A model generated the notes under the pieces. That model was given only the letters and a program-made list of their open reading frames with translations, was not told the DNA's origin and ran no database searches. A stretch of DNA of 64,000 nucleotides, taken from assembly GCA_051252135.1 (NCBI GenBank), contig JBPOGH010000007.1, positions 64,001 through 128,000 on the forward strand, read 5' to 3'. Every line of letters starts with the position of its first letter. Position 1 is the first letter of the stretch. The DNA is from Verrucomicrobiaceae bacterium. GTDB lineage: Bacteria; Verrucomicrobiota; Verrucomicrobiia; Verrucomicrobiales; Akkermansiaceae. Both the position numbers and the translations under genes were made by a program. Shown piece by piece: positions 37,174-46,339 of this stretch.

Positions 37174-38130
37174 TTAGAATTCGTAGACGAAATCGACGGT
37201 GAGACGGTTTTCCATGAGGTTGTCTTCTCCGTCCATGAGAGGGATTTCGTAGGCGAGGCCGAAGGTGCCGTTTTGACAGACTTTCGAGCGGAAGCCGACT
37301 CCGAGAGTGATGATTTCGTTGCTGGCACCATTGGCGGAGCCGAGGTTGATGAGATCGCCGCCTTCGAAGTTTGCCACGAGGGGAACGGTGTTTCCGAGTT
37401 GTCCGTCGAAGGTGGAGGTGCCGTCTCCTTCGTTGAAGACGTGGAACCAGTTGAGTTCGATGAGGGGAATGAAGAGGGGGTTGACTTCATAGCTGGCGTG
37501 GAGGCTCACTGATCCGGTGAGGGACTGTGCGTCATCGAAGGGAATGTGGAGGCCGAGGTTGCTGGCGATCTGGAGTTTGTCGTAGAGCTTCAGTCCGGCG
37601 AGGTTGAGATTGAGGGCGCCGTCGCCATTTCCCTGCCAGACCTCGGAGTCACCGGTGGGGAGTTCCACGGTGGCGATGCCGGAGAGGATGTATTGGTCTT
37701 CGGGGCGATAGATGAGGGCTCGTTTGATGCCGAGTCCGAGGTTGGCGAAGCCTTCCTGCGGGGTGAGAGTGGCAGCGGGATTGAAGTCGATGTAGCCATC
37801 CTTGGTGGCGACGATCGAGGTGCGCTCATCGATGGCGATCTCAAACTGAAGGGCGTAGACATCGAAGTCGCCACCGAGCGGGAGATTGGGATTGATGGTG
37901 GTGTTGACCGTGCCGGGAAGGCTCTGGTGCATGTAGATGGCGTGGACCTGGGTGCGGGGCACCGCGAGATCAAAGACGGTGGGTGCGGTGATGGGCCGGA
38001 TGGCGGAGGCGAAGGGGTCGGCCGATGTTGACGCAGGGCTGTCCGGGATCATGGGGTTTTCGGAAAGGTCTCCGGCGAAAACGGGGATTGAAGCAGACAG
38101 GGTTGCAGCGAGTGCGAGTGATGTTTTCAT
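37174..38130 (-). CDS. Putative outer-membrane beta-barrel protein
   Basis: Signal peptide, alternating amphipathic strands, C-terminal VDFVYEF. Confidence 0.75.
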   Translation of the reverse strand: MKTSLALAATLSASIPVFAGDLSENPMIPDSPASTSADPFASAIRPITAPTVFDLAVPRTQVHAIYMHQSLPGTVNTTINPNLPLGGDFDVYALQFEIAIDERTSIVATKDGYIDFNPAATLTPQEGFANLGLGIKRALIYRPEDQYILSGIATVELPTGDSEVWQGNGDGALNLNLAGLKLYDKLQIASNLGLHIPFDDAQSLTGSVSLHASYEVNPLFIPLIELNWFHVFNEGDGTSTFDGQLGNTVPLVANFEGGDLINLGSANGASNEIITLGVGFRSKVCQNGTFGLAYEIPLMDGEDNLMENRLTVDFVYEF

Positions 38131-38193
38131 GAACGTGGTAGTATGATTTGTGCGCTCGGGCACGGTGATATCTAACCACAAAATGGAGGGACG

Positions 38194-38222
38194 TTATGCG
38201 CATGGCTTGACGATTGATTCGC
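38194..38222 (-). promoter_or_regulatory. Weaker copy of the 29-bp box upstream of the outer-membrane protein gene
   Basis: GCGAATCAATCGTCAAGCCATGCGCATAA; 18/29 identical to 42816-42844. Confidence 0.5.
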
Positions 38223-38248
38223 ACTGGTTGCGCGAGATATCAGGGCAC

Positions 38249-38272
38249 AAAAAAACGGCACCGGGGTGCCGT
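38249..38272 (-). terminator. Intrinsic terminator after ccoP-rhodanese
   Basis: acggcacc...ggtgccgt hairpin with an A7 run on plus (U-tract on minus). Confidence 0.65.
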
Positions 38273-38306
38273 GAATTAAAGTTAAGAAAGCGGGGTTTTT
38301 CGGGGA

Positions 38307-38735
38307 TTACTCGGTGGGGTTTCCGGCTTCCTGCCAGGAGATGAACCCTTTGTTGAGGTGGTAGATTTTTCCGAATCCGAGTTCTTTCCAGGCGTCGATG
38401 GATTGGGTGCTGCGGCCACCGCTTCGGCAATGGAAGAGGTATTCCTTGGAGCGATCGAGTTCGGCCAGCTTGTTTTTGAAATCGGGGTTCTTGAAGTCGA
38501 TCATGATGGCGCCGGGAAGGTGGCCTTCGGCAAACTCTTCCGGGGTGCGGATGTCGATGACCTGTGGTCCGTCATCGAGGCTGAGGAGGGCTTTGGCCTC
38601 TTCGGCGGTGACGTCCTGAATCTGAAATTCGACGACGGCGGCGGTGTCTGATGCCGGGGCTGGCTCCTTCTCCTTGCACGAGGTTGTGGTGAGAAGAAGG
38701 GTGGCGGACAAGATGGAGAAGGCGAAGGTTTTCAT
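38307..38735 (-). CDS. Rhodanese-domain lipoprotein
   Basis: Lipobox TTSC; IDIRTPEEFAEGHLPGA; CRSGGRS. Confidence 0.9.
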   Translation of the reverse strand: MKTFAFSILSATLLLTTTSCKEKEPAPASDTAAVVEFQIQDVTAEEAKALLSLDDGPQVIDIRTPEEFAEGHLPGAIMIDFKNPDFKNKLAELDRSKEYLFHCRSGGRSTQSIDAWKELGFGKIYHLNKGFISWQEAGNPTE

Positions 38736-38753
38736 CAGGGTATTGTTACGGTT

Positions 38754-39377
38754 TTACTGCTGAAAGTCTTGCGGATTTTTCGAAATGATGAAGGCCACCA
38801 TTTTGGCAATCTGATCAGGTGAGTAGGTTTGGCCCCAGGGGATCATGCGTCCGCCGGAGGGTTCCATGCCTTTGCTTTCGGCGGGGGTTCCTTCGTTGAT
38901 CAATTTGAAGATGTCCATGGGGTTGGCACCGTATTTCCAATCTCCATCGACGAGGGAAAGGCCGAGTTTGAGAGGGGCATCGAGATCCGGTCCGTGGCAA
39001 GCAATGCAGGCGGTGTTGTAGAGGGTTTCGCCTTCGGAGACGATGGCTGCGTCTTTGGACCATTCGTTGATGAGGATGGAGTCATCGAGGGTTTCGAGGG
39101 TGGCGAGGAGTTGCTTTTGTTTCTCTTCATGGATGGCGGACATCTTGTCTTCGACCCGTTGTTGGTCGGTTTTTACAAATCCGGTGTCGTAGTAGAGGAA
39201 CCACATGACAAAGAAGATGATGATGGCAGCGAAGAGGGTGAAGAGCCACCAGTTGGGGAGTTTTTGGTCGAGTTCCTGGATGCCATCGTATTCATGCTCG
39301 CGCATGACGATTTCCCCCTTTTCGCTGGCGTAGCCGGCGCGGCGGTATTCTGCTTTGGGTTCGTTTGATTCGTCCAT
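38754..39377 (-). CDS. ccoP: cbb3 oxidase subunit III, short mono-heme form
   Basis: HEYDGIQELDQKLPNWW (FixP_N) and a single CIACH. Confidence 0.9.
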   Translation of the reverse strand: MDESNEPKAEYRRAGYASEKGEIVMREHEYDGIQELDQKLPNWWLFTLFAAIIIFFVMWFLYYDTGFVKTDQQRVEDKMSAIHEEKQKQLLATLETLDDSILINEWSKDAAIVSEGETLYNTACIACHGPDLDAPLKLGLSLVDGDWKYGANPMDIFKLINEGTPAESKGMEPSGGRMIPWGQTYSPDQIAKMVAFIISKNPQDFQQ

Positions 39378-39389
39378 GGCGTTGGGTGC

Positions 39390-39563
39390 TTAGGGTTGAT
39401 CAGGAGCATCGTCCTGAAGTGGGAGGGTGGAGAGGTGTTGGCGGGTTTCCTTATTCATGCGGATGGCCCGGATGATGACGAGAAGGAAGAAGACGAAGGT
39501 GATTCCGAAGGCGATGACGGGGACCACCATCGTCCAGTCTTCATGGAGGATTCTTTTAAACAT
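39390..39563 (-). CDS. ccoQ: cbb3 oxidase subunit CcoQ-like (57 aa)
   Basis: Not in the ORF track. Manual translation MFKRILHEDWTMVVPVIAFGITFVFFLLVIIRAIRMNKETRQHLSTLPLQDDAPDQP; lies between ccoO and ccoP. Confidence 0.75.
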   Translation of the reverse strand: MFKRILHEDWTMVVPVIAFGITFVFFLLVIIRAIRMNKETRQHLSTLPLQDDAPDQP

Positions 39564-39587
39564 GATTATGGTGAGTTGGTGATTTTG

Positions 39588-42083
39588 TTATTTTACCTGG
39601 GCGGTTTTTTCGACCTTGTTGGGGTGCCCGAATTCGCGTTGTTGATCGGGATCGAAGGTGTCGGGTGTTTCCTTTTCGAGGTTTTGTTCCTGGTAGGTGC
39701 CGAGTTTTTGGAGGTAGGCGATCATGGCGATGATCTTCCGTTCGGCGAGGTAGTTGCGGAGTTCGTCGCCGGTGAGTTCGGGTTGGTCCGGGAGGTAGGC
39801 GTCGTTTTTGAGGGTCTCGGCGATCGCGAGGGCCTGTTCCCGGGCACTTTGTTCGATCTGGTCTTTGGACATGGCGGGGTAGGGAACGCCGAGGCGTTGC
39901 TGGACCGCGATGCGTGAAGGCAGGGATTTGAAGTCGGTCTTCTCTTCAAAGAACCAGGGGTAGGCCGGCATGTTGGAGCCGGGTGAGGTCTGGCGTGGAT
40001 TCAGGAAGTGGTTGAAGTGCCAGCTGTTGGGACGGAGGCCCACGCGGACGTGTCCGGCATCATCGATGGGTTCTCCGCCTTCACGGGCGAGGTCGGGCCC
40101 GGTGCGCTTGGAGCCCCACTGGTGGGGGAAGTCGTAGATGGATTCACCGAGGTGGGAGTAGTCGTCGGTGACTCCGGCACGGCCGTAGCGCATGATATCG
40201 GGGACGAGGGTCCGGATCATTTGGGAGTGGCAGTTGTAGCACCCCTCGCTGACGTAGATATCGCGGCCGGCGAGTTCGAGCGGAGTATACATTTCCTGAA
40301 GGCGGCCCTCGATGTTTTGGGCGCGGTCGACCATGAGGGTGGGGATGATTTGGACCATGCCGCCGATGGCGACAGCGATGAAGGAGAGGATGGTGAGGGG
40401 GATGTAGTTTTCCAGAAGGGTGTCGTGGAAATCCGCCCAGCTTTTGACGTCCTTGCGGAAGGCGCGGACGGCGAGGAAGGAGAAGACGATGACCATGGCC
40501 ATGGCGGCGATGTCACCTCCGCGAGGGGCGAAGATCCAGAGGATGAGGAACATGATGACGATGAGCACGTGCTGGACGGCGCGGTGGCCGAAGACGGCCT
40601 TGAGACCGAGGAAGTCTTTTTTGGTACGTTCCAGGGGAGTGACCTCGACGGTTCCGTTGACGGCCGAGCCGGAGCGGGCGGTTTTCCAGATGTTGAAGGC
40701 GAGCAGCAGATATCCGAGGAGGAAGAGGCTGCCTCCGAAGCTCCGGAAGTAATAGGGCCAGCGGATGGCGAGGAGGGTTTCAACGAACTCGTATTTCAGG
40801 GCGGTGCCCTGCTCATTCATTTGGCCGAGCATGAGACCTTGGGTGATGCCTGCGGTCCACATGGCGGCGACGTAGAGAAGGATCCCGACGAGGGCGGTCC
40901 AGAAGTGGAGGTTGGCAAGCGCGGGTGACCAAAGTTTGGTTTTCCACATGCGCGGAGCCATCCAATAGAACATGCCGGCTGCCATGAGGCCATTCCAGCC
41001 GAGGGCACCCGAGTGGACGTGTCCGATGCCCCAATCGGTGTAATGGGAGAGCTCGTTGACGGCGCGGATGGAGAGAAGGGGGCCTTCGAAGGTGGCCATT
41101 CCGTAGAAGGTGACACCGGCGGCGAAGAACTTGATGACGGGGTCGGTGCGGAGTTGGGCCCAACCGCTGCGGAGGGTGAGCAGTCCGTTGAGCATGCCGC
41201 CCCACGAGGGTGCCCAAAGCATGAGCGAGAAGAGCATGCCGAGCATTTGCAACCAGCGGGGAAGGGCGGTGTTCAGCAGGTGGTGGGGACCGGCCCAGAT
41301 GTAGATGAAGGTGAGGGCCCAGAAGTGGATGATGGAAAGTCGATAGGAGTAGACCGGGCGATTCGCTGCCTTGGGCAGGAAATAATACATGATTCCCAGG
41401 ATGGGAGTGGTGAGGAAGAAGGCGACGGCATTGTGCCCATACCACCACTGCACCAAGGCATCCTGAAGTCCGCCGAAGATGGGGTAGGAGTGGGTGAGGG
41501 AGGTGGGAATCTGGAGGTTGTTGACGATGTAGAGCATCGCGATGGTGATGATGGTCGCGATGTAGAACCAGAGGGCCACGTAGAGGCTGGGCTCATTTCG
41601 CTTGGCGAGGGTCCAGAAGAAGTTGACGCCAAAGACGACCCAGACGACGGCCACGGCGAGATCGAGCGGCCAGATGAGTTCGGCGTATTCCTTGGATTGG
41701 GTGAGGCCGAGCGGGAGGGTGATGGCTGCTCCCAAGATGATGAGTTGCCAGCCCCAGAAGTGGATTTGTGAGAGTCTGTCCGAGGCCATGCGGCATTTGC
41801 AAAGCCGCTGGGTGGAGTAGTAGATGCCGGAGAAGGCCATGTTCCCGACGAAGGCGAAAATGACGGCGTTGGTGTGAAGCGGGCGGAGGCGGCCGAAGGT
41901 GATCCAGGAGACTCCATCGGATTTGAATGCGCCGAAGGTGATGGCCTCGAGGAAGGCTCCGTTCATTCGCCAATCGCTCATTTGGAGGGCGATGATTACG
42001 CCAACAAGCATTCCTACGATGCCCCAGATGATGGAGGCGATCATGAATTGCCGCGGTGTTTTGTCGTCGTATGTGATGGTCAT
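39588..42083 (-). CDS. ccoN: Fused cbb3 oxidase subunits I/II (CcoNO)
   Basis: FGRLRPLHT, WWYGHNAV, WAGPHHL, GHVHSGALGW; CcoO part EGCYNCHSQMIR, WGSKRTGPDL, SNMPAY. Confidence 0.97.
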   Translation of the reverse strand: MTITYDDKTPRQFMIASIIWGIVGMLVGVIIALQMSDWRMNGAFLEAITFGAFKSDGVSWITFGRLRPLHTNAVIFAFVGNMAFSGIYYSTQRLCKCRMASDRLSQIHFWGWQLIILGAAITLPLGLTQSKEYAELIWPLDLAVAVVWVVFGVNFFWTLAKRNEPSLYVALWFYIATIITIAMLYIVNNLQIPTSLTHSYPIFGGLQDALVQWWYGHNAVAFFLTTPILGIMYYFLPKAANRPVYSYRLSIIHFWALTFIYIWAGPHHLLNTALPRWLQMLGMLFSLMLWAPSWGGMLNGLLTLRSGWAQLRTDPVIKFFAAGVTFYGMATFEGPLLSIRAVNELSHYTDWGIGHVHSGALGWNGLMAAGMFYWMAPRMWKTKLWSPALANLHFWTALVGILLYVAAMWTAGITQGLMLGQMNEQGTALKYEFVETLLAIRWPYYFRSFGGSLFLLGYLLLAFNIWKTARSGSAVNGTVEVTPLERTKKDFLGLKAVFGHRAVQHVLIVIMFLILWIFAPRGGDIAAMAMVIVFSFLAVRAFRKDVKSWADFHDTLLENYIPLTILSFIAVAIGGMVQIIPTLMVDRAQNIEGRLQEMYTPLELAGRDIYVSEGCYNCHSQMIRTLVPDIMRYGRAGVTDDYSHLGESIYDFPHQWGSKRTGPDLAREGGEPIDDAGHVRVGLRPNSWHFNHFLNPRQTSPGSNMPAYPWFFEEKTDFKSLPSRIAVQQRLGVPYPAMSKDQIEQSAREQALAIAETLKNDAYLPDQPELTGDELRNYLAERKIIAMIAYLQKLGTYQEQNLEKETPDTFDPDQQREFGHPNKVEKTAQVK

Positions 42084-42114
42084 TTTTTTGAAAAATTGAG
42101 TGGTGGGAAGTTGG

Positions 42115-42258
42115 TTAGGATTCGTCGTCCTGAAGGGGGAGGAGGGAGTCGCGCTCGGCGGATGATCGTTTTTTGCCGAAGGCCTGAGTGGAGAAGCAGA
42201 TGATGAAGATTCCGGCGAGAATCATGGAAACGAAGAGGGTGATGGCGATGGCGTTCAT
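42115..42258 (-). CDS. ccoS: CcoS-like maturation peptide (47 aa)
   Basis: Not in the ORF track. Manual translation MNAIAITLFVSMILAGIFIICFSTQAFGKKRSSAERDSLLPLQDDES; directly upstream of ccoN. Confidence 0.6.
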   Translation of the reverse strand: MNAIAITLFVSMILAGIFIICFSTQAFGKKRSSAERDSLLPLQDDES

Positions 42259-42785
42259 GCTGATTGAGGTCGGTCTCCGCCTTTGCTAGCCCAATCGAAG
42301 AAGGCGTTGGCGATCATGGGGATGAGCGAGTCATCAGGGATGCGTTTGGCGTTGAGCCAGAGGTGATGGCTGTTTTCCTCGGGTTCCTTGCAACTCATGC
42401 TGACTTGAAAGACGTTCCGGTTGGACTGGGTTTCGCGGTGGCACTTGGGGAGTTCGAGGATGACGCCGCCCTTTGAGCTGAGGAATTCGATGGCGGAGGT
42501 TTGATCGTCCGCATGGAGTCGGCCGAGCATCCTGCGGAAATCAGCGTAGGCCTGAAGTTGTTCGAAGCGGTGATCGGTGACGGGGAACCAGCCGCCGGAG
42601 TTGTATTCGTCATCATATTCATCGAGGTATGCGGCGAGCTTGAGGGCGATGCGGGGTTGGCAGACGGTGCAGGGGGATTCGATGGCGATGGAGTAGCAGA
42701 GGTCCGCGTGGCCTTCCCGGTCGGCGAGGCTTTGTTTTACCAGCCAATCGCTGAAGGCTCGATCCACGGAAACTTGATTAGGCAT
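42255..42785 (-). CDS. Hypothetical soluble protein, first gene of the cco unit
   Basis: ATG at 42785; its stop overlaps the ccoS start (ATGA). Confidence 0.65.
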   Translation of the reverse strand: MPNQVSVDRAFSDWLVKQSLADREGHADLCYSIAIESPCTVCQPRIALKLAAYLDEYDDEYNSGGWFPVTDHRFEQLQAYADFRRMLGRLHADDQTSAIEFLSSKGGVILELPKCHRETQSNRNVFQVSMSCKEPEENSHHLWLNAKRIPDDSLIPMIANAFFDWASKGGDRPQSA

Positions 42786-42815
42786 GGGGGGAATTTGACT
42801 GAAGTTCGATTGTGG

Positions 42816-42844
42816 TGCTTCGCATGGATTGCCAATGACTGTGC
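42816..42844 (-). promoter_or_regulatory. Conserved 29-bp box upstream of the cco unit
   Basis: GCACAGTCATTGGCAATCCATGCGAAGCA. Confidence 0.7.
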
Positions 42845-42868
42845 ATGAATGCGCAAAGGGGAGGGCAA

Positions 42869-43987
42869 TCAGTGCGCGTCGAGGTGCCGGAGGTGCCATT
42901 CACGAAAGACGAGGGGTGAGATTTCCGAAGGTTTGATCTCGGATTGGCCTCCCCAGAAGACGCTGGTGTAGAGGAGGGGGATGCCGACTTTGGCGAGGTG
43001 GGCATCGATGGCGGCTTTGTGGGCGAGGACGAGATCCTTATCGGTCCCGTGGACAACACCCATGATGTTGACGTTTCCAAAGTCGGGGCCCCCTTCGCGC
43101 CAGTAGCAGTGGGTCATGCAGTAGTGGCGACCGATTTCCGCGCCGGCTTGTTTTTCCATGCCCTTTGGAACGGCCCAGTGGAAGAGTCCGTTGTAGCGGG
43201 TGACCTTTTGGCCGGAGGCCGAGGGTTTGACGTGCTCGAGGAAGGTGGAGAAGCGACCGATGACCTTTTTTTCATCGAGCTGTCGGGCGATGGCGTAGAA
43301 TCGGGGGAGGCGGATTCCGGATTCGCGGGCCCGGCTTTCCCATGGTGAGTGTTGGATTTCCGAGGGAGCGAAGTCTTTTTTGAGGGCGAGCAGAACGGTC
43401 CATTCCTCGTCGGTCAGGGACACGTTCCGGGTGGTCATCATGCAGGCGGGGTCCGGAGTAAGGGCTCCGGGTTCGAGTCCGCGACGGCGCATATGGCCCA
43501 CGCCGAGAGCGAACACGCCCTTGGCCGGCATGAGGCGATAGGCTTCCGCACCGATGAGTTTCCTGAGGATGTCGGCATGGTATTTGAGGGATTGTCCCTG
43601 GGGGACTTTCAGAGTGGTCCAGAGGTTGAATTGGGAGCCGGGGAGATCGCGGTCTGTCGAGCGGGTGACGACGTGTCCGGAGAAGGGATCTTCATCTGCG
43701 AGAAAGCGGAATGCGGCGGTGAGTTTTTTGCGCGGGACCTGCCAGGCGACGAGGGCTCCCTCGGCCAGTTTGGTGGCGAGAAGGGTCTGGCGGACGCGGC
43801 GGATGGTGCCGGCTTCCAGCATGAGGCGGATACGGTCGAGGACGAGATCGAGGGGGAGACCTGTTCGTTTCGAGATTTCCTCAAAGGGGTGGGTTTGAAA
43901 TCCTTCGAGGAGATCTTCCGAGACGGAGAGGATGAGTTTGTTGGTCTCCTCGTTGGGCTCGGTGAGAGCGGAGTTGGCGGTGAGCAT
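42869..43987 (-). CDS. Tandem AsnC-like protein resembling fused siroheme decarboxylase AhbA-AhbB (NirDL/GH type)
   Basis: Two HTH + AsnC-like modules: GTIRR..ALVAW..GHVVTR..FNLWTT and VIGRF..THCYWR..NIMGVVHG. Confidence 0.7.
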   Translation of the reverse strand: MLTANSALTEPNEETNKLILSVSEDLLEGFQTHPFEEISKRTGLPLDLVLDRIRLMLEAGTIRRVRQTLLATKLAEGALVAWQVPRKKLTAAFRFLADEDPFSGHVVTRSTDRDLPGSQFNLWTTLKVPQGQSLKYHADILRKLIGAEAYRLMPAKGVFALGVGHMRRRGLEPGALTPDPACMMTTRNVSLTDEEWTVLLALKKDFAPSEIQHSPWESRARESGIRLPRFYAIARQLDEKKVIGRFSTFLEHVKPSASGQKVTRYNGLFHWAVPKGMEKQAGAEIGRHYCMTHCYWREGGPDFGNVNIMGVVHGTDKDLVLAHKAAIDAHLAKVGIPLLYTSVFWGGQSEIKPSEISPLVFREWHLRHLDAH

Positions 43988-44011
43988 GGCGAGATTCCGG
44001 GGGGGGAGGGG

Positions 44012-45169
44012 TTACCAGTCGGTGCCGAGATTGTAGGCTTTGGCGATCTCGATGAGGTCGGGGCGCATGGGCCATTCGTCACAGCGCTCGCTGACGGAGT
44101 GGCGGTTGCTGGCGCCCTTGAGGAGCATGCAGCCGGTGTTGTCTCCGAGAGCGCGGACTTTGGCGACCTCCTCTTCACTGAGTTGGACGATGGGGAGGTT
44201 TGCCATTTCGGAGATCTTGTCCTCAATGGGTCGGGCGTTCTCACCGCGTTCTTGCACGAAGGTGGGGATGACGCTCTTGACGGCGGGGTGGGAGAGGTTC
44301 CAGTTGGCGGCGTATTGGAGAGGGGTGAGTCCGTGGACTTGGGCGAGGGGACGGATTTTTTCGACGAAGTCGTATCCCCGTTTCACCCAACCTTCCGGGC
44401 GATAAGCGCGGTGGTCACCGGGGGCGAATTGGTGGTCGGGCTTGAGTTCATCATAGAAGACACCTCCGTGATCGAGGACCCTGGTGATGATGTTGATCTC
44501 AAATTGGGAAGCGGCATTGAGCGAAAGGCTGACGGGCCAGGGCTCGAGCGGGTTGAGGATGACCATGGCCCAATCGATGAGGTGGCCGAAGTTTTCGAAG
44601 CATTGGACGAGGTCGAGGGTGAAGCCGTTCGCTGGTCCGGGGGCGATGCCGAGCTGGCGGGTGAGTCCTTCTTGTTTGAGGCGGTTCATGCCCTCCCAGA
44701 CGGCGGGGCTGGTGTAGCCGATTTCATCCGGGTTATGGAGGAGCAGGAGGTCGAAGTGGTCGGTGCGGCAGTTCTCGAGCGACTTGCAGCAGGCCATTTG
44801 GAGGAACTCGTTGTATTGTGACGGTTTACGAAGTTCCGGGTTGGTGAAGCGGGGGTAGCCGGTGTTTCCCTGGCGTTTGCCTTCATAGAAGTCATGTCCG
44901 ATGGCTCCGATGAGGGCGTAGCTTTCGCGTGGGAAGGGGGCGAGGGCTTCACCGAGGAGGGCGTCTGCGCGGCCGTTCCCGTAGACATCAGCGGTGATGA
45001 AGGTGCGGATGCCTTCGGCGTATGCGTGGGCGACGCACTTGTGGTAGTCCTCCTCACTGAGGGTTTCTCCGAAATGCATGAAGCGGCCACCGCTCCAGGT
45101 TCCGTAGGCGACGTTCCCGATTTGGCACCGCGGTGAGGGGAGTGAGCTTTGTTTGGTGAGAGTTTCCAT
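44012..45169 (-). CDS. Aldo/keto reductase
   Basis: YGTW, TADVYGNG, DLLLLHNPD; start uncertain (45169 or 45220). Confidence 0.85.
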   Translation of the reverse strand: METLTKQSSLPSPRCQIGNVAYGTWSGGRFMHFGETLSEEDYHKCVAHAYAEGIRTFITADVYGNGRADALLGEALAPFPRESYALIGAIGHDFYEGKRQGNTGYPRFTNPELRKPSQYNEFLQMACCKSLENCRTDHFDLLLLHNPDEIGYTSPAVWEGMNRLKQEGLTRQLGIAPGPANGFTLDLVQCFENFGHLIDWAMVILNPLEPWPVSLSLNAASQFEINIITRVLDHGGVFYDELKPDHQFAPGDHRAYRPEGWVKRGYDFVEKIRPLAQVHGLTPLQYAANWNLSHPAVKSVIPTFVQERGENARPIEDKISEMANLPIVQLSEEEVAKVRALGDNTGCMLLKGASNRHSVSERCDEWPMRPDLIEIAKAYNLGTDW

Positions 45170-45247
45170 GACACGGACCATACGGTGGTCGGTGTCAGGG
45201 TTCTCCGCACCCTTCCTCAAAGGCTGCGCATTATTTGCGGGGGGAAA

Positions 45248-45706
45248 TTATCGGGGTCTTTTTCCGATAAGGTATGATTTTTCGCAGTGGACGAGGAGAC
45301 GTCCGGCGAGGGCCTTGCGGCCGATGAGCATCCGGAATTTCATATTTTCGCGGTTGGAAAGGCTGAGTTCGATGGGCCATTGCTCACCGCCGATCGAGAC
45401 TGTGGTGAGGATAAACGGTCTGTTTTCCTCGTGTCCGCCGGAGTCGCGAACGACGCGATAGTCGGTCACGGGAGCTTCGCTTTCGGTCTCGGTGGATGGG
45501 TCGCTCTTGATCGGGTGAGCGATGAAGCGGGCCCAATCCCGACCGTCCTTTTGAAATACCTCGTAGCTTGCGGTGTGGAGGCAGGAGGTGCGGGCACCGG
45601 TATCGATCTTGGCTTTGATGGCCTTGATTCCAATCTCCGGGAGGGCAACCCATTCCCGCCAGCCAACTGTGAGGAGATTTGATTCGGGCGAAGTGGGTTC
45701 GGTCAT
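45248..45706 (-). CDS. RimK-associated retropepsin-like protease (ATP-dependent zinc protease family)
   Basis: GWREWV.LP, AKIDTGARTS, R..M.FRMLIGR. Confidence 0.9.
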   Translation of the reverse strand: MTEPTSPESNLLTVGWREWVALPEIGIKAIKAKIDTGARTSCLHTASYEVFQKDGRDWARFIAHPIKSDPSTETESEAPVTDYRVVRDSGGHEENRPFILTTVSIGGEQWPIELSLSNRENMKFRMLIGRKALAGRLLVHCEKSYLIGKRPR

Positions 45707-45767
45707 TGGCCAAGTTTAGAGTGAGAGCCGTGAACGAGGCGAGGACCGATGTGCGAGGGAGTGCGTT

Positions 45768-46331
45768 TTATCGCTTGAGGTTGGTGGAGATGGTTTTCGA
45801 CAGCTGGTCGATGAGTCGGCTTTGGGCGGCGACGAGGGACTCGAAGCCATCATCGGCGAGGGGTTCGCGGAGGGTGGTGGTTTGGCTGGTGATGAGGCGG
45901 CTTCCGGGAAGTTCGTAAGCGCGCCACGAGGCTTCGAGGATGGCGTCTCCATCAGCGGTGCCGTGAAAACGGGTGACATCGACCGTGATCTGGTAGCGGA
46001 GTTCGAGGTCCCGTTCCCAGGGGTAGATGCGCAGGTTTCCGGTGCCCATGTGGTGGCCGAGGTTGCTCGAGAGGACCCGGGTGAAATCGTTGCGAAGGTC
46101 GCCGGCCCATTCGTGCATGTCCGAAATTTCCATCTTATGGGGGGTGGACTGGAAGATGACGTAGGGTCGTTCGACGAGGTAATCTGCCATGGAGACAGGG
46201 CCTACGCCGATGCCGATTCCGTGCCGGGCGGGGGCATTGTGGACCGGAGAGAGGACGTAATAATTTCGCCCTGTGCTACATGAGAGCAGGAGAACAAAGG
46301 GAAGGCAGAGTGAGAGGAATTTGGTGGGCAT
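45768..46331 (-). CDS. pqiC: PqiC-family lipoprotein
   Basis: Lipobox LLSC, YYVL, GVGPV...DYL, WAGDL; operon context. Confidence 0.88.
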   Translation of the reverse strand: MPTKFLSLCLPFVLLLSCSTGRNYYVLSPVHNAPARHGIGIGVGPVSMADYLVERPYVIFQSTPHKMEISDMHEWAGDLRNDFTRVLSSNLGHHMGTGNLRIYPWERDLELRYQITVDVTRFHGTADGDAILEASWRAYELPGSRLITSQTTTLREPLADDGFESLVAAQSRLIDQLSKTISTNLKR

Positions 46332-46339
46332 GGCGGGAT

